This document shows positions 42,022-53,484 of a stretch of 64,000 bases of DNA, piece after piece (the stretch's first letter is position 1; each line of letters begins with the position of its first letter). The translations under genes and the position numbers were made by a program. The DNA lies in assembly GCA_023898405.1 (NCBI GenBank), contig CP060221.1, positions 4,958 to 68,957 of the forward strand, written 5' to 3'. The notes under the pieces are model-generated. The model was not told where the DNA came from. It saw only the letters and a program-made list of their open reading frames with translations, and did not search any database. The DNA comes from Myxococcales bacterium (lineage in GTDB: Bacteria; Myxococcota; UBA727; JABDBI01).

Positions 42022-42954
42022 ATGTCCAAAGAAATTTTACTGAAAGAATATGCCACTTCACTCGGCTTTGATGATATGGGAATCGCTTCTGTGGATGGTC
42101 CGCTGCCCTTTATTCAAGAAGTTAAGCAAGCTTCGGTTGACGAAAGGTTTGGCCCACTCGATTATCTCTACCGAACACTTCCTCAAAGACTAGATGTGCG
42201 CTCATTTTTCCCAATAGCTCAGAGTGTTATAGTTGTTATAAAAAATTATTACACTGGTGATCACCCAACTTCTTTACAGGCTCAAGCAAAAATTGCTCGT
42301 TATGCCTGGGGGCACGATTATCACCAGTGGTTTAAAAAAAGACTTAAAAACATCTCAAATTATTTACAAAAAGAATATGGAGCACAAAGCTGGATATTTA
42401 ACGATACAGGTCCATTTTTAGAACGCTCGTGGGCTTTGAAAGCAGGATTAGGTTTTATTGGCAAAAGTGCCATGTTTATTCATCGGGAATTTGGAACGTG
42501 GACGTTTATAGGTGGTGTGGCCACTGACTTAAACTTACAAGCTGATGAGGCGTATACAGGGCCAAATTGTGGAACGTGCACTCGCTGCATTGATGCCTGC
42601 CCAACAAAAGCTATAATAGCCCCTCATACTATCGAAGCAAAAAAATGCATATCTACCTGGACCATTGAACGAACGCTTCATAGTGAGTCTATAGCGCTTG
42701 CGCCAAGAAATCATGAATGGGCTTTTGGTTGTGATGTATGCCAGGAAGTTTGTCCTTGGAATAAATTCGAGAAGTTTAGCCCCGAGCCTCGATTTCAGCC
42801 AGTACCTGGAAGGGTTTTCCTCAATCAAGAAACTTTTAATCAGGATCTTAAGGGGTCACCGCTTTACAGGACAAAAAAAGTTGGACTGAGAGTCAATTTA
42901 ATTCGTATTCAAAAAACTCTGGCATCGATGAATCACCGCGATCATCAGTATTAG
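42022..42954 (+). CDS. queG: epoxyqueuosine reductase (tRNA Q34 biosynthesis), 4Fe-4S
   Basis: Ferredoxin-like cysteines CGTCTRCIDACP and CDVCQEVCPWN. Confidence 0.75.
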   Translation: MSKEILLKEYATSLGFDDMGIASVDGPLPFIQEVKQASVDERFGPLDYLYRTLPQRLDVRSFFPIAQSVIVVIKNYYTGDHPTSLQAQAKIARYAWGHDYHQWFKKRLKNISNYLQKEYGAQSWIFNDTGPFLERSWALKAGLGFIGKSAMFIHREFGTWTFIGGVATDLNLQADEAYTGPNCGTCTRCIDACPTKAIIAPHTIEAKKCISTWTIERTLHSESIALAPRNHEWAFGCDVCQEVCPWNKFEKFSPEPRFQPVPGRVFLNQETFNQDLKGSPLYRTKKVGLRVNLIRIQKTLASMNHRDHQY

Positions 42955-43831
42955 AGCGCAATGGAATATAGTCGATGGTGGTTTGAATCAAAGTCATTCT
43001 TTCTGAGTGAGATATAATTTTTGTCTCTTCGTTGTCTTTCATTAGAAGGGGCGGATCACGAACTTGTTGCCATTGCATTACATCTAAAATCTTTTGAGCA
43101 GATTTAGGACGGAGCCGCGGGGTAGGGGCAAGTAAAGCTTTAATGAGGTAGAATAAATCCTTCTGATCGCCTGTTACATTTTCCTCTAGTAATCTAAATG
43201 ATCTATACATTTTTGCGGGATTAAAAGATTGCATGGTAATGCACTCAAATAAAATTGTGCCCAAACTGTAAAGATCCGACAAATGACTGGTCTGAGCACC
43301 AAACAAGATTTCGGGAGCGAGATAGCAAGTTTGTCCGAAAGGAAATGAACTAGAAAGCGGACCAAAACTCGCAGCACCAAAGTCGATTATGAGAGAACCC
43401 TTATGTTGCTGCCAGAGCAGATTATCGGGTGATAGATCGTTATGATAAATGCCCGTAGAATGAATATAGGCCAATATTTCTAAAAGCTGCCTTGTAATGC
43501 TTCTTATATGCTCAAGTGAAAGCTTGCTCTTAATCACCTGTCTGAAGCTCTTGGCTGGAAAATAATCCAAAATAATTCCTAGTGATTCCTTAACCTGGCA
43601 ATATCCTTGATATGCTGGGATACACGGATGCTTTAAAGCACAGAGTGCTTTGGCTTCCCGCTTTGCCTGAGAACGATCATTATAAATCTTTAGGATGATA
43701 TCTTGATAGTGAGGTAGTATACGCCCCTTGTAAAGTGTAGCCTGTCCCCCTTGATTTAGAAATTCAGTAACTAAAAGCAGATGTCTTTGTTCAAAAATAT
43801 TCTTGGCGATACCATCGTTGTGCAAGCTCAT
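42893..43831 (-). CDS. Hanks-type (eukaryote-like) Ser/Thr protein kinase, stand-alone catalytic domain with atypical catalytic loop
   Basis: Subdomain motifs: Gly-rich loop region, IILKIY (beta3 Lys), HNDLSPDN (catalytic loop, Ser replaces Lys), IDFGAAS (DFG), YLAPE (APE); no TM or other domains. Confidence 0.7.
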   Translation of the reverse strand: MSLHNDGIAKNIFEQRHLLLVTEFLNQGGQATLYKGRILPHYQDIILKIYNDRSQAKREAKALCALKHPCIPAYQGYCQVKESLGIILDYFPAKSFRQVIKSKLSLEHIRSITRQLLEILAYIHSTGIYHNDLSPDNLLWQQHKGSLIIDFGAASFGPLSSSFPFGQTCYLAPEILFGAQTSHLSDLYSLGTILFECITMQSFNPAKMYRSFRLLEENVTGDQKDLFYLIKALLAPTPRLRPKSAQKILDVMQWQQVRDPPLLMKDNEETKIISHSERMTLIQTTIDYIPLRSNTDDRGDSSMPEFFEYELN

Positions 43832-44177
43832 AGGGACCCGTTTTTTGCTTGAAAAATCTCAGTTGTCACAATTTTCTGCAGCTAAATATTTTTTCGATCG
43901 ATAAAAAATAAAAGTCTAGTTGGTAAAGGCCTACTAGCCCAAAATTGCAGCATAATTTTGGTTTATGCTTAGCAAAAAACGTATACCTTGGTTCACTTAA
44001 TCCACATTTAAATTAAAAAATTATCAACAAATCACTGTTATTAGTCACTTAAATTGTATCAAGCATCTTTACAAATGAACCGGATTCGATACAAAGATCA
44101 CGCTAATTTTCAAATCTTAGATAAATAAGGCGGAGCTAAACTAAAATAGTAAAGCCAAGTGTAAGGACAGAAGTAGT

Positions 44178-44549
44178 ATGCCAACGATTAGCCAATTGGT
44201 TCGTAATGGTCGTCGTAAGCTTTCAGAGAAAAGTGATTCGCCGCACCTTCAAAATTGCCCTCAAAAGCGAGGGGTGTGTATTCGTGTGTACACCACTACA
44301 CCTAAAAAACCTAACTCAGCTCTAAGAAAAGTAGCTCGGGTTCGTTTAACTAATGGAATGGAAGTGACCACGTATATTCCTGGTGAAGGCCACAATCTGC
44401 AAGAACACTCTGTTGTGCTCATTCGTGGAGGTCGTGTTAAAGACTTGCCCGGATGTCGGTATCACGTTGTTCGAGGTGCATTGGATTCAGTAAGTGTTAA
44501 TGGTCGTAAAAAAGGCCGTTCCAAATATGGAACCAAGAAAGGGAAATAG
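44178..44549 (+). CDS. rpsL: 30S ribosomal protein S12
   Basis: Highly conserved [10 protein letters not shown]...[13 protein letters not shown]. Confidence 0.95.
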   Translation: MPTISQLVRNGRRKLSEKSDSPHLQNCPQKRGVCIRVYTTTPKKPNSALRKVARVRLTNGMEVTTYIPGEGHNLQEHSVVLIRGGRVKDLPGCRYHVVRGALDSVSVNGRKKGRSKYGTKKGK

Positions 44550-44587
44550 ATCCTAAACAATTTAAATATCAGTGGAAAAAAAAACGT

Positions 44588-45058
44588 ATGCCAAGAAGAC
44601 GAGAAGTAGAAAAACGAAATATCGATCCAGATCCTAAGTTCAACGATCGCTTAGTAACCAAATTGATCAATGTCGTAATGAAAGATGGCAAGAAATCAGT
44701 AGCCGAGCACATTGTCTATGGCGCATTTCAAATCATTGAAGATAAAAACAAAGAAGAGCCTCTCAAGGTCTTCAAGAAAGCAATGGAAAATGTAAAGCCT
44801 GCAGTAGAAGTGAAGTCTCGCCGAGTTGGTGGCGCAAGTTACCAAGTACCTATTGAAGTGCCAGCTAATCGACGTGTCGCTTTGGGGTTGCGCTGGTTAA
44901 GGGATTCAGCCCGTAATCGTAATGAACGCACCATGGAAGAAAAACTTGCCGGTGAGATGTTCGATGCCTCTCAAAGCCGTGGTCTCGCATGCAAGAAACG
45001 GGAAGATACTCATAAGATGGCAGAAGCAAATAAGGCATTTGCTCATTATCGTTGGTAA
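44588..45058 (+). CDS. rpsG: 30S ribosomal protein S7
   Basis: S7 family sequence; str operon position. Confidence 0.95.
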   Translation: MPRRREVEKRNIDPDPKFNDRLVTKLINVVMKDGKKSVAEHIVYGAFQIIEDKNKEEPLKVFKKAMENVKPAVEVKSRRVGGASYQVPIEVPANRRVALGLRWLRDSARNRNERTMEEKLAGEMFDASQSRGLACKKREDTHKMAEANKAFAHYRW

Positions 45059-45086
45059 TTAGCTTAGGTAGGGATAGGTAGCGAAA

Positions 45087-47183
45087 ATGTCAGAACAGTT
45101 TCCTTTAGAACGCGTCAGAAACATAGGGATTGTGGCTCATATTGATGCGGGAAAGACTACAACAACCGAACGAATTCTGTTTTACACTGGACGGAGTCAT
45201 AAAATTGGTGAAGTGCACGAAGGTGCGGCTGTTACTGATTATATGGCCCAGGAGCGCGAACGCGGTATCACAATTACAGCCGCAGCCGTAAGTTGTGAAT
45301 GGCGCCGAAGAGAAAATCCAAAAGCAGCTCCTTATCGTGTCAATATTATTGATACACCAGGGCACGTGGATTTTACTATTGAAGTAGAACGTTCTATGCG
45401 TGTTCTCGATGGTGCAGTTACTGTATTTGATGGCGTTGCAGGTGTAGAGCCCCAATCGGAAACTGTATGGCGTCAGGCTGATCGATATGGCGTACCACGT
45501 ATGTGTTTTGTCAATAAGCTTGATAGAACAGGAGCAGATTTTTTTAGATGCGTTGATATGATTGTAGAGCGTCTAAAAGCTCGCCCTTCCGTATTGACTT
45601 TGCCTATTGGTAATGAAGCCTCGTTCAAGGGAATTGTTGATCTCATTCGAATGAAGGCTCTTATTTGGCACGATGATTCTCTTGGGGCTCGTTATGATGT
45701 TGTTGATATTCCAGAGGAATTAAAGGAACAATCCCAAAAATATCGCGAGAAACTCATAGAGGATTGTGCTGATTGTGATGATGCACTCGCTGAGAAATTT
45801 CTTGAAGGTGAAGAACTTAGTGAAGATGAAATCATAGGAGCAGTCAGAAAGGGCTGCTTGTCCGGTAAGATTATTCCGACCTTTTGTGGTTCAGCTTTCA
45901 AAAATAAGGGTGTCCAGTTCATGCTGGATTCAGTGGTTGACTTTTTGCCTTCTCCTCTTGATGTGCCTCCGATTAAGGGACAGCTTGAAGATGGTACTGA
46001 GGCCTCAAGAAAAGCAAGTCTGGATGAGCCCTTTTCAGCTCTGGCGTTCAAAATTATTAATGATAAATATGGCCAATTGACCTTCGTGAGAGTTTACTCT
46101 GGATCACTCAAAAAAGGTGATTCAATCGTAAATATGCGCACAGGGAAAAAAATGCGAATAGGCCGCCTTGTTCGTATGTACGCGGATAAACGAGAAGATA
46201 TTGAAGAAATTGATGCTGGTGGTATCGCTGCAGCAATCGGTATAGAGGCAACTACCGGAGATACTCTATGCGATGGTGATCATCGTATCATCTTAGAGTC
46301 TATGGATGTTCCTCCTGCGGTTGTAAAATTAGCTATTGAACCTAAAACCAAGAGCGATCAAGAAAAGATGAGTATTGGTCTTGGCAAATTAAGTAGTGAA
46401 GATCCATCGTTGCGCCTAAGTGTAGATGAGGAAACTGGGCAGACTACCATTGCTGGCATGGGTGAGTTACACCTTGAGATCATTGTTGATCGTCTAAAAC
46501 GCGAATTTATGGTCGAAGCAAATGTTGGTAAACCCCAGGTTGCTTACCGTGAAACTATTACTAAGCTTGTTGAAAGTGAAGGTAAGTATGTTCGTCAAAC
46601 TGGTGGTAGAGGTCAGTACGGACATGTCTGGCTTAGAGTTGAGCCTAATGAGGCTGGCAAAGGCTTTGAATTTGAGAGCATCATAGTTGGCGGTTCCATA
46701 CCTAAGGAGTACATACCTGCTGTTAAAAAGGGCGTTGAAGAAGCTCTTGATTCTGGTATTAGAGCAGGATTTCCTGTTGTTGACGTTAAAGTTTCCCTGT
46801 TTGATGGTAGCTACCACGACGTAGACTCTAATGAAATGGCTTTTAAAATAGCTGGTTCAATGGGTTTCAAAGATGGAGCTAAAAAAGCTGCCCCTATTAT
46901 TCTTGAGCCGCTTATGAAAACAGAAGTCATCGTTCCTGAAGAATGGATGGGTGATGTTATAGGCGATCTTAATAGTCGACGGGGACGAATCACGGGTATG
47001 GATGAGCGAAGTGGTATGAAAGTTGTTTCAGCAAATGTGCCACTAGCTGAGATGTTTGGTTACGCGAATGATCTAAGGTCACGAACCCAAGGTCGTGCTA
47101 CGTATACCATGGAGTTTAGCCATTATGAGCCAGTGCCAAATTCGATTGCCGAAGAAATAATTTCCAAGGCCACTGGTGAGTAA
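45087..47183 (+). CDS. fusA: elongation factor G
   Basis: G1 [17 protein letters not shown]; 698 aa. Confidence 0.95.
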   Translation: MSEQFPLERVRNIGIVAHIDAGKTTTTERILFYTGRSHKIGEVHEGAAVTDYMAQERERGITITAAAVSCEWRRRENPKAAPYRVNIIDTPGHVDFTIEVERSMRVLDGAVTVFDGVAGVEPQSETVWRQADRYGVPRMCFVNKLDRTGADFFRCVDMIVERLKARPSVLTLPIGNEASFKGIVDLIRMKALIWHDDSLGARYDVVDIPEELKEQSQKYREKLIEDCADCDDALAEKFLEGEELSEDEIIGAVRKGCLSGKIIPTFCGSAFKNKGVQFMLDSVVDFLPSPLDVPPIKGQLEDGTEASRKASLDEPFSALAFKIINDKYGQLTFVRVYSGSLKKGDSIVNMRTGKKMRIGRLVRMYADKREDIEEIDAGGIAAAIGIEATTGDTLCDGDHRIILESMDVPPAVVKLAIEPKTKSDQEKMSIGLGKLSSEDPSLRLSVDEETGQTTIAGMGELHLEIIVDRLKREFMVEANVGKPQVAYRETITKLVESEGKYVRQTGGRGQYGHVWLRVEPNEAGKGFEFESIIVGGSIPKEYIPAVKKGVEEALDSGIRAGFPVVDVKVSLFDGSYHDVDSNEMAFKIAGSMGFKDGAKKAAPIILEPLMKTEVIVPEEWMGDVIGDLNSRRGRITGMDERSGMKVVSANVPLAEMFGYANDLRSRTQGRATYTMEFSHYEPVPNSIAEEIISKATGE

Positions 47184-47242
47184 TTGGTTGTTGTTTGATT
47201 TTATTTGCAGAAAAGCCTTTGTTTTTCTGGTAGGGAGTAAAA

Positions 47243-48433
47243 ATGTCTAAAGAAAAATTTTCTAGAGATAAACCACACGTTAATATTGGTACTATTGGTC
47301 ACGTAGATCACGGTAAGACCACTCTTTCTGCGGCTATCACCAAGATTATGGCTGAGAAAAATGGCGGTAATGCTGTTGCCTATGATCAAATTGATAAAGC
47401 CCCAGAAGAAAGAGAACGTGGTATTACCATTTCTACTGCTCACTTAGAGTATGAAACAGCCAAGCGTCACTACGCTCACGTAGACTGCCCAGGGCACGCC
47501 GATTATGTTAAGAACATGATCACCGGTGCTGCGCAGATGGACGGCGCTATATTGGTTGTTTCGGCTGCTGATGGTCCTATGCCTCAGACACGTGAACATA
47601 TTCTTCTTGCTCGCCAAGTAGGTGTGCCATGCATCGTTGTTTTTCTTAACAAAGTAGACATGGTAGATGATGCAGAATTGCTGGATCTCGTAGAACTTGA
47701 AGTAAGAGAACTGTTGAGTGCGTACAAGTTTCCTGGTGATGATACTCCAATCATTCGTGGTTCAGCACTTAAAGCTCTAGAAGGCGATAAGAGTGATATC
47801 GGTGAAGGTGCAATCGTCAAATTGATGGATGCTGTGGATGAGTACATTCCTACACCATCACGCGCTATCGATCAGCCTTTCTTGATGCCTGTTGAAGATG
47901 TATTTTCTATCTCCGGTCGTGGTACAGTTGTTACTGGCCGCGTAGAGAAAGGTGTCGTTAAAGTAGGTGAGGAAGTAGAGATCGTTGGATTTAAGCCTAC
48001 AAGCAAGACTACAGTGACTGGCGTTGAAATGTTCCGTAAACTACTTGATCAAGGTCAAGCAGGAGATAACGTTGGATGTCTTTTGCGTGGACTAAAGCGT
48101 GAAGATATTGAGCGTGGTCAGGTTTTGGCTGCTCCAGGTAGTATTAAGCCACACAAGAAGTTCAAAGCAGAAGTTTATGTTCTCACCAAAGAAGAAGGTG
48201 GGCGTCATACCCCATTCTTTACTAAGTATCGTCCTCAGTTTTACTTCAGAACAACTGACGTGACCGGTACTGTATCTTTGCCTGAAGGCGTAGAAATGGT
48301 TATGCCTGGTGACAACACTCAAATGGAAGTTGAGCTGTTGACTCCGGTAGCTATGGATAAAGAACTTCGTTTTGCTATTCGTGAAGGTGGTAGAACTGTT
48401 GGTTCAGGAGTTGTTACTCAGATTATTGAGTAA
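47243..48433 (+). CDS. tuf: elongation factor Tu
   Basis: [22 protein letters not shown] motifs; 396 aa. Confidence 0.95.
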   Translation: MSKEKFSRDKPHVNIGTIGHVDHGKTTLSAAITKIMAEKNGGNAVAYDQIDKAPEERERGITISTAHLEYETAKRHYAHVDCPGHADYVKNMITGAAQMDGAILVVSAADGPMPQTREHILLARQVGVPCIVVFLNKVDMVDDAELLDLVELEVRELLSAYKFPGDDTPIIRGSALKALEGDKSDIGEGAIVKLMDAVDEYIPTPSRAIDQPFLMPVEDVFSISGRGTVVTGRVEKGVVKVGEEVEIVGFKPTSKTTVTGVEMFRKLLDQGQAGDNVGCLLRGLKREDIERGQVLAAPGSIKPHKKFKAEVYVLTKEEGGRHTPFFTKYRPQFYFRTTDVTGTVSLPEGVEMVMPGDNTQMEVELLTPVAMDKELRFAIREGGRTVGSGVVTQIIE

Positions 48434-48446
48434 GAATAATGTATTA

Positions 48447-48465
48447 AACCGCCGAATAGGCGGTT
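48447..48465 (+). terminator. stem-loop AACCGCC-GAATA-GGCGGTT 14 bp after tuf stop; possible attenuator or partial terminator before rpsJ
   Basis: 7-bp GC-rich perfect stem read from sequence; no strong U-tract after it. Confidence 0.3.
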
Positions 48466-48537
48466 CCCTTCTTGCAAGATAAAAAAAAATACATATAAAA
48501 AGAATCTCTCATTAAGGTAATAAGGAAAGTTAACAAG

Positions 48538-48846
48538 ATGTCCGCAACTAAAATTAGAATTCGCCTTTCAGCATACGATTGTAAATTGCTGGACCGCTCG
48601 GCCCAAGATATTGCAGGAACCGCTCATCGTACAGGAGCAAAGGTTGCAGGACCAATTCCGCTCCCGACAAGTATTACCAAGTATACCGTTTTGCGTGGTC
48701 CCTTTACAGATAAAAAGTCTCGCGAACAATTTGAAATTCGTACACATAAACGTCTGCTTGATATTCATGAACCAACGCAGGGTACGCTGGATGCGTTGAT
48801 GAAGCTTGATTTGTCTGCTGGTGTTGATGTCGAGCTCAAGAATTAA
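48538..48846 (+). CDS. rpsJ: 30S ribosomal protein S10
   Basis: IRIRLSAYD...GPIPLPT...FEIRTHKRL pattern. Confidence 0.95.
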   Translation: MSATKIRIRLSAYDCKLLDRSAQDIAGTAHRTGAKVAGPIPLPTSITKYTVLRGPFTDKKSREQFEIRTHKRLLDIHEPTQGTLDALMKLDLSAGVDVELKN

Positions 48847-48891
48847 CAATTTTTAAAAGATTTTAAGCCCTTCGGAGGTAAAGTTAGCGTT

Positions 48892-49515
48892 ATGGCTACA
48901 TTTGAAGTATTTAATTTTGCTGGTGAAAAAATCAGCCAGGCAGAGCTGGAAGATAGCGTATTTGGAGCCGAAGTACGGCCGTATCTTCATAGTGAAGTTG
49001 TAAATTGGCAGCGAGCTTGCGGGCGTGCAGGTACTCAGAGCGTGCTTACTAAAGCAGAAGTTGCTGGAACGACTAAGAAGCCTTTTCCTCAGAAGGGGAG
49101 AGGTTGTGCTCGCCAAGGTTCAGGTCGTAAAAATCCGCATCAGAAAGGTGGTGGTGTTGCCTTTGCTCCTAAGCCACGAGATTACAGTTTTAGCATGCCA
49201 AAATCAAAGAAAAGAGCTGCTTTAGCTTCAGTAATTACAGCTCGTATTCAAGAAGGCAGGTTTAGATTGCTTGATGAACTTTCTTTTCCTGAACCTAAGA
49301 CAAAACGCGTTTGTGAATTACTTGGTAATTTTAAGATGGACTCTTGTCTGTTGATTGATGAAGACAACAATAAGGCACGTTTGAGTTCGAGAAATCATCA
49401 AGGTGTGAAGTTTCTAAAGCAAGAAGGTATTAATGTCGCTGATGTGCTTAGGTATCCTTACTTGATTATGACGGTAAATGCCGCCAAAAATCTTGAAAAA
49501 CGTTTAGTAGGTTAG
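48892..49515 (+). CDS. rplD: 50S ribosomal protein L4 (immediately after rpsJ; rplC absent)
   Basis: L4-like KKPFPQKGRGCARQGS; 207 aa; GGAGG RBS. Confidence 0.85.
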   Translation: MATFEVFNFAGEKISQAELEDSVFGAEVRPYLHSEVVNWQRACGRAGTQSVLTKAEVAGTTKKPFPQKGRGCARQGSGRKNPHQKGGGVAFAPKPRDYSFSMPKSKKRAALASVITARIQEGRFRLLDELSFPEPKTKRVCELLGNFKMDSCLLIDEDNNKARLSSRNHQGVKFLKQEGINVADVLRYPYLIMTVNAAKNLEKRLVG

Positions 49516-49519
49516 AAAC

Positions 49520-49855
49520 ATGTTTGATCAATGTAATGTTTATGAAGTATTAAGAAGACCTATCCTCACTGAAAAATGTTCCCAGATGAGAGAAAGCCAA
49601 AATAAAATTCTCGTGGAAGTAGCGCCCTGGGCTAACAAGTATCAGATTGTTCAAGCAGCAAAAGCTCTTTTTAATGTTGAAGTTGTTGATGTGAACACTC
49701 TTAACTATAGGGGAAAGATCAAGCGAGTACGACAACAGATGGGTAAACGCAAGAATACTAAAAGAGCCTATTTAACATTAAAGAATGGTTCGGATGTTGA
49801 CTTATTCGGTTTGATAGGACAAGAAGTTTCGCACCAAGAAGAACAAAATGCTTAA
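49520..49855 (+). CDS. rplW: 50S ribosomal protein L23
   Basis: 111 aa; L23-like; position between rplD and rplB. Confidence 0.85.
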   Translation: MFDQCNVYEVLRRPILTEKCSQMRESQNKILVEVAPWANKYQIVQAAKALFNVEVVDVNTLNYRGKIKRVRQQMGKRKNTKRAYLTLKNGSDVDLFGLIGQEVSHQEEQNA

Positions 49856-49909
49856 TTTAGCTCTTACCGATAAACCTTTATGGTCCTATGGTAGGAAAGG
49901 AAATATCTA

Positions 49910-50734
49910 GTGGCTATTATTGTATACAAGCCGACAAGTGCCGGCCGACGAAATTCTAGCATTAATAGGGATACAACTCTCAGTAAAAAGAAACCCGAAA
50001 AAAACTTAGTGAGAGGTAAAAAGGCGATCAGTGGACGAGGCTCAAATGGTCGTATTAATGTCCGCTTTCGTGGTGGTGCCCATAAACGAAAATTGAGGGA
50101 AGTTGATTTTGTTCGAAGCAAAACGGGAATTGCTGCCAAAGTAGTAGCTTTTGAGTATGATCCAAATCGCAGTGCTAATCTAGCCCTTATACAATACCTA
50201 GACGGTGTCAAAAGCTATATTTTAGCTCCTAATAATCTTAAGATCGGAGACACTGTAGTTTCGGGTCCGGCTTCGGAAGTAAGAGTAGGCAATCACTTAC
50301 CGCTAAAAAATATTCCCTTGGGTTTAGAAATTCATAATATAGAACTCAAACCATTAAAGGGTGGGCAGCTTGTCCGTTCGGCTGGTGTGGTTGCGCAGTT
50401 GCTTGCTAAAGAGGGCGACTATGTGACTATCAGAATGCCGTCCGGTGAGATGAGATATATTCATGGAAATTGCTCCGCGACCATTGGACAGGTTGGCAAT
50501 GTTGGGCATGAATTGCGTAAGATCGGGAAGGCAGGCAAGAAGCGTTGGTTAGGATTTAGGCCTCATAACAGAGGGGTCGCAATGAACCCTGTTGATCACC
50601 CCTTAGGTGGTGGTGAAGGAAAATCCTCCGGTGGTCGACATCCTGTATCGCCTTGGGGACAACCTACTAAAGGTCACCGAACCAGAAATAATAAACGTAC
50701 AGCTAATATGATTATTAAGCGTCGCAAGAAATAA
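49910..50734 (+). CDS. rplB: 50S ribosomal protein L2
   Basis: 274 aa; conserved L2 C-terminal segments; GTG start after AGGAAAGGAAA. Confidence 0.95.
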   Translation: MAIIVYKPTSAGRRNSSINRDTTLSKKKPEKNLVRGKKAISGRGSNGRINVRFRGGAHKRKLREVDFVRSKTGIAAKVVAFEYDPNRSANLALIQYLDGVKSYILAPNNLKIGDTVVSGPASEVRVGNHLPLKNIPLGLEIHNIELKPLKGGQLVRSAGVVAQLLAKEGDYVTIRMPSGEMRYIHGNCSATIGQVGNVGHELRKIGKAGKKRWLGFRPHNRGVAMNPVDHPLGGGEGKSSGGRHPVSPWGQPTKGHRTRNNKRTANMIIKRRKK

Positions 50735-50752
50735 ATTTGGGAGATCATTGTT

Positions 50753-51028
50753 ATGGCACGCTCATTGAAAAAAGGTTTTTTCGTAGATCACCATTTGTGG
50801 AAATTTGTTACTTCTGCCGATGAAAACAATAAGAAAAAAGTATTCAAAACTTGGTCTCGTCGTTCGACAATTACGCCTGAGTTCGTAGGTGGGACTTTTG
50901 CGGTTCACAATGGTAAAAAATTTGTACCTGTTTATGTGACAGAAAATATGGTTGGGCACAAACTCGGCGAGTTTTCCCCTACGCGTTATTTTGTTGGGCA
51001 TGCGGCAGATAAAAAATCTAAGAAATAG
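50753..51028 (+). CDS. rpsS: 30S ribosomal protein S19
   Basis: [15 protein letters not shown]... Confidence 0.95.
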   Translation: MARSLKKGFFVDHHLWKFVTSADENNKKKVFKTWSRRSTITPEFVGGTFAVHNGKKFVPVYVTENMVGHKLGEFSPTRYFVGHAADKKSKK

Positions 51029-51043
51029 GATTTGAAGATAATT

Positions 51044-51427
51044 ATGGCAACGTTAGAGAAAAAAAAGGCATTGGCTAGAAAAGCCGCTAGAAGAGAAGGG
51101 CCGGTTCGCGCAAGCATGAGAAACCTTCCCATGAGTGCTCGAAAAGTGCGGGTAATTGCTGATGCCATTCGAGATACCAAGCTTACTCACGCATTAGCTT
51201 TTTTATCGACACAGAAAAAGGCTTGTTGCGTCCCATTGAAGAAGCTCTTGGAAGCTGCGGCTGCAAACGCAGATAGTCGAAAGCTTGACGTGGATGAGTT
51301 GAGTATTTCACGCATCGTTGTGGATAAAGGTCCCTTGAGAAAGCGTTTTATGCCTCGTGCTCAGGGACGAGCTACAAAAATTCGTAAGCAAACGGCTCAT
51401 ATAGAAGTGTTCTTAGGGGCTAACTAA
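51044..51427 (+). CDS. rplV: 50S ribosomal protein L22
   Basis: L22-like; ATG at 51044 preferred over upstream TTG at 51032. Confidence 0.85.
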   Translation: MATLEKKKALARKAARREGPVRASMRNLPMSARKVRVIADAIRDTKLTHALAFLSTQKKACCVPLKKLLEAAAANADSRKLDVDELSISRIVVDKGPLRKRFMPRAQGRATKIRKQTAHIEVFLGAN

Positions 51428-51472
51428 AGCATGGAAATCTTTATTTCGGTATTGAGAAGGTAGGTAGAATCA

Positions 51473-52132
51473 ATGGGTCAGAAGGTTAGTCCGATAGGTT
51501 TTAGGCTAGGCATTAATAAAACTTGGGATTCCAAGTGGTTTCGTTCAAAGAATTATGCACAATGGCTTAAAGAAGATTTACAAATTCGTAAATTTGTAAA
51601 TAAACAGTGTAAAAGCGCTGCTATCAGTCGTGTTGAGATAGAACGTGCCGCAGATAAATGCAAAGTAAGTATCTATTCTGCTCGTCCAGGCGTACTTATT
51701 GGGAAAAAGGGTACGGAAATTGAGGGACTAAAAAAGAATATTCAAAAGTATTCTGAGAGTGAAGTATTTCTCAATATTCACGAAGTCAGAAAACCTGAAA
51801 TGGATGCGACTTTAGTCGCTCAGAAAGTTGCGCAAGAGCTTGAACGACGTGTAGCTTTTCGTCGAGCCATGAAGAAAGTTATGGCAAGCGCTCAGAAGTT
51901 CGGTGTCTTAGGAGTGAAAGTAATGTGCTCAGGACGGCTAGGTGGGGCTGAAATGTCTCGATGCGAGTGGTATCGAGAAGGACGTGTTCCGCTTCATACT
52001 TTGCGAGCTGATATTGACTATGGTTTTGCTGAGGCAGATACCACTTATGGAAAGATTGGATGTAGAGTTTGGCTTTTTAAAGGTGAAGTTCTCCCGACGG
52101 AATCTGTTGAGAACAAGCGCCAACCAGCCTAG
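51473..52132 (+). CDS. rpsC: 30S ribosomal protein S3
   Basis: [14 protein letters not shown]... KH domain. Confidence 0.95.
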   Translation: MGQKVSPIGFRLGINKTWDSKWFRSKNYAQWLKEDLQIRKFVNKQCKSAAISRVEIERAADKCKVSIYSARPGVLIGKKGTEIEGLKKNIQKYSESEVFLNIHEVRKPEMDATLVAQKVAQELERRVAFRRAMKKVMASAQKFGVLGVKVMCSGRLGGAEMSRCEWYREGRVPLHTLRADIDYGFAEADTTYGKIGCRVWLFKGEVLPTESVENKRQPA

Positions 52133-52162
52133 TTTTTTATAGGATTTGATGGATAGAAAAAA

Positions 52163-52579
52163 ATGTTATCTCCTGCAAGATTGAAATATCGAAAAACACA
52201 GAAAGGACGACTGCGCGGAGCAGCAAAAGGTGGCTCGGAAATTAGCTTTGGTTCTGTTGCACTGTTAAGCACTGGTGCTGGCTGGGTGACCAATAAGCAA
52301 ATAGAAGCTTGCCGTATTGCAGCTACTCGCCATGTTAAGAGAGGCGCCAAAGTATATATCCGTATATTTCCAGACAAGCCTGTTACTAAGAAGCCTGCCG
52401 AAGTTCGGATGGGTAAAGGTAAGGGAGGTGTTGAAGGCTGGGTGGCCTGTGTCAGAAGAGGAAGAATATTGTTTGAAATTGCCGGCGTGGATGATGCTTT
52501 AGCTACGCGCGCTTTAGAGCTTGCTGCGGCTAAATTACCGGTAAGTACAAAAATAATTTGTTCTTCTAATGAACTGTAG
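52163..52579 (+). CDS. rplP: 50S ribosomal protein L16
   Basis: [16 protein letters not shown]... Confidence 0.95.
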   Translation: MLSPARLKYRKTQKGRLRGAAKGGSEISFGSVALLSTGAGWVTNKQIEACRIAATRHVKRGAKVYIRIFPDKPVTKKPAEVRMGKGKGGVEGWVACVRRGRILFEIAGVDDALATRALELAAAKLPVSTKIICSSNEL

Positions 52580-52597
52580 GATAGACAGGAGTTATTT

Positions 52598-52786
52598 ATG
52601 GCAAATGATATTGCAAAAATGGGAATTGTTGAGTTGAGAAATACTGCTGTTGAACTAAAGAAGAAGCTAGCCCAGATGCGATTTGATAAGGCTACTGGTA
52701 AGTTGCTGGATTCTTCCGCGCCGTGTAAGACCAAAAGAGAATTGGCACGAGTTTTAACAAAAGAAAGCCAGCTGACGAAGAAGTAA
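52598..52786 (+). CDS. rpmC: 50S ribosomal protein L29
   Basis: 62 aa helical protein at canonical position between rplP and rpsQ. Confidence 0.8.
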   Translation: MANDIAKMGIVELRNTAVELKKKLAQMRFDKATGKLLDSSAPCKTKRELARVLTKESQLTKK

Positions 52787-52799
52787 AAGGATCTAAAAA

Positions 52800-53069
52800 A
52801 TGAGTCAGGATAAAAAAAGAGGCATTGGTAGAACATTACGAGGTGTTGTATCAAGTGATAAAATGGACAAAACCATCACGGTCACTGTTACAAATACTGT
52901 AAGACATGCGGCTTATAAGAAATTTATGAAACGTTCAAAGAAATACCATGCGCATGATGAAAATAATCAATGTAAATTAGGGGATGTTGTTGTGATAAAA
53001 GAATCAGCCCCCTATTCAAAGACTAAAAAATGGCGTTTAGCTAAAGTGGTCGAGACCCGTAAGCTATAG
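52800..53069 (+). CDS. rpsQ: 30S ribosomal protein S17
   Basis: [14 protein letters not shown]...[13 protein letters not shown]. Confidence 0.9.
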   Translation: MSQDKKRGIGRTLRGVVSSDKMDKTITVTVTNTVRHAAYKKFMKRSKKYHAHDENNQCKLGDVVVIKESAPYSKTKKWRLAKVVETRKL

Positions 53070-53103
53070 AGTGGGTATAAAAAATTTTGTTTTGGAGTAA
53101 GTT

Positions 53104-53472
53104 ATGATTCAAACGCAGACTTGTTTGGCAGTGGCTGATAATAGCGGAGCTAAAAAGATTTGTTGTATTAAGGTATTAGGTGGATCTCATCGCCGTTATG
53201 CCTACGTTGGTGATGTTATTGTAGCAAGCGTTAAAGAGGCGTCTCCAGGTTCTAAAGTTCAAAAGGGTTCTGTCGTAAGAGCGACCATAGTACGAACCAA
53301 AAAAGAAATTGGTAGAGCAGACGGTACCTATATTCGTTTCGATAATTCGGCTGCTGTTCTAGTAAATAAGGATAATGAGCCAATAGGTACACGTATATTC
53401 GGGGCAGTAGCTCGAGAGTTGCGCGCTAAGAATTTTATGAAAATTGTTTCGTTAGCACCTGAAGTGCTCTAG
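53104..53472 (+). CDS. rplN: 50S ribosomal protein L14
   Basis: [18 protein letters not shown]... Confidence 0.95.
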   Translation: MIQTQTCLAVADNSGAKKICCIKVLGGSHRRYAYVGDVIVASVKEASPGSKVQKGSVVRATIVRTKKEIGRADGTYIRFDNSAAVLVNKDNEPIGTRIFGAVARELRAKNFMKIVSLAPEVL

Positions 53473-53484
53473 GTGGGTTTTAAA

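Noticed and set aside
52129-52854. 241-aa minus-strand ORF spanning rplP-rpmC-rpsQ
   Set aside because: Antisense to three highly conserved ribosomal protein genes; low-complexity Ser/Pro/Ala-rich translation; classic shadow ORF
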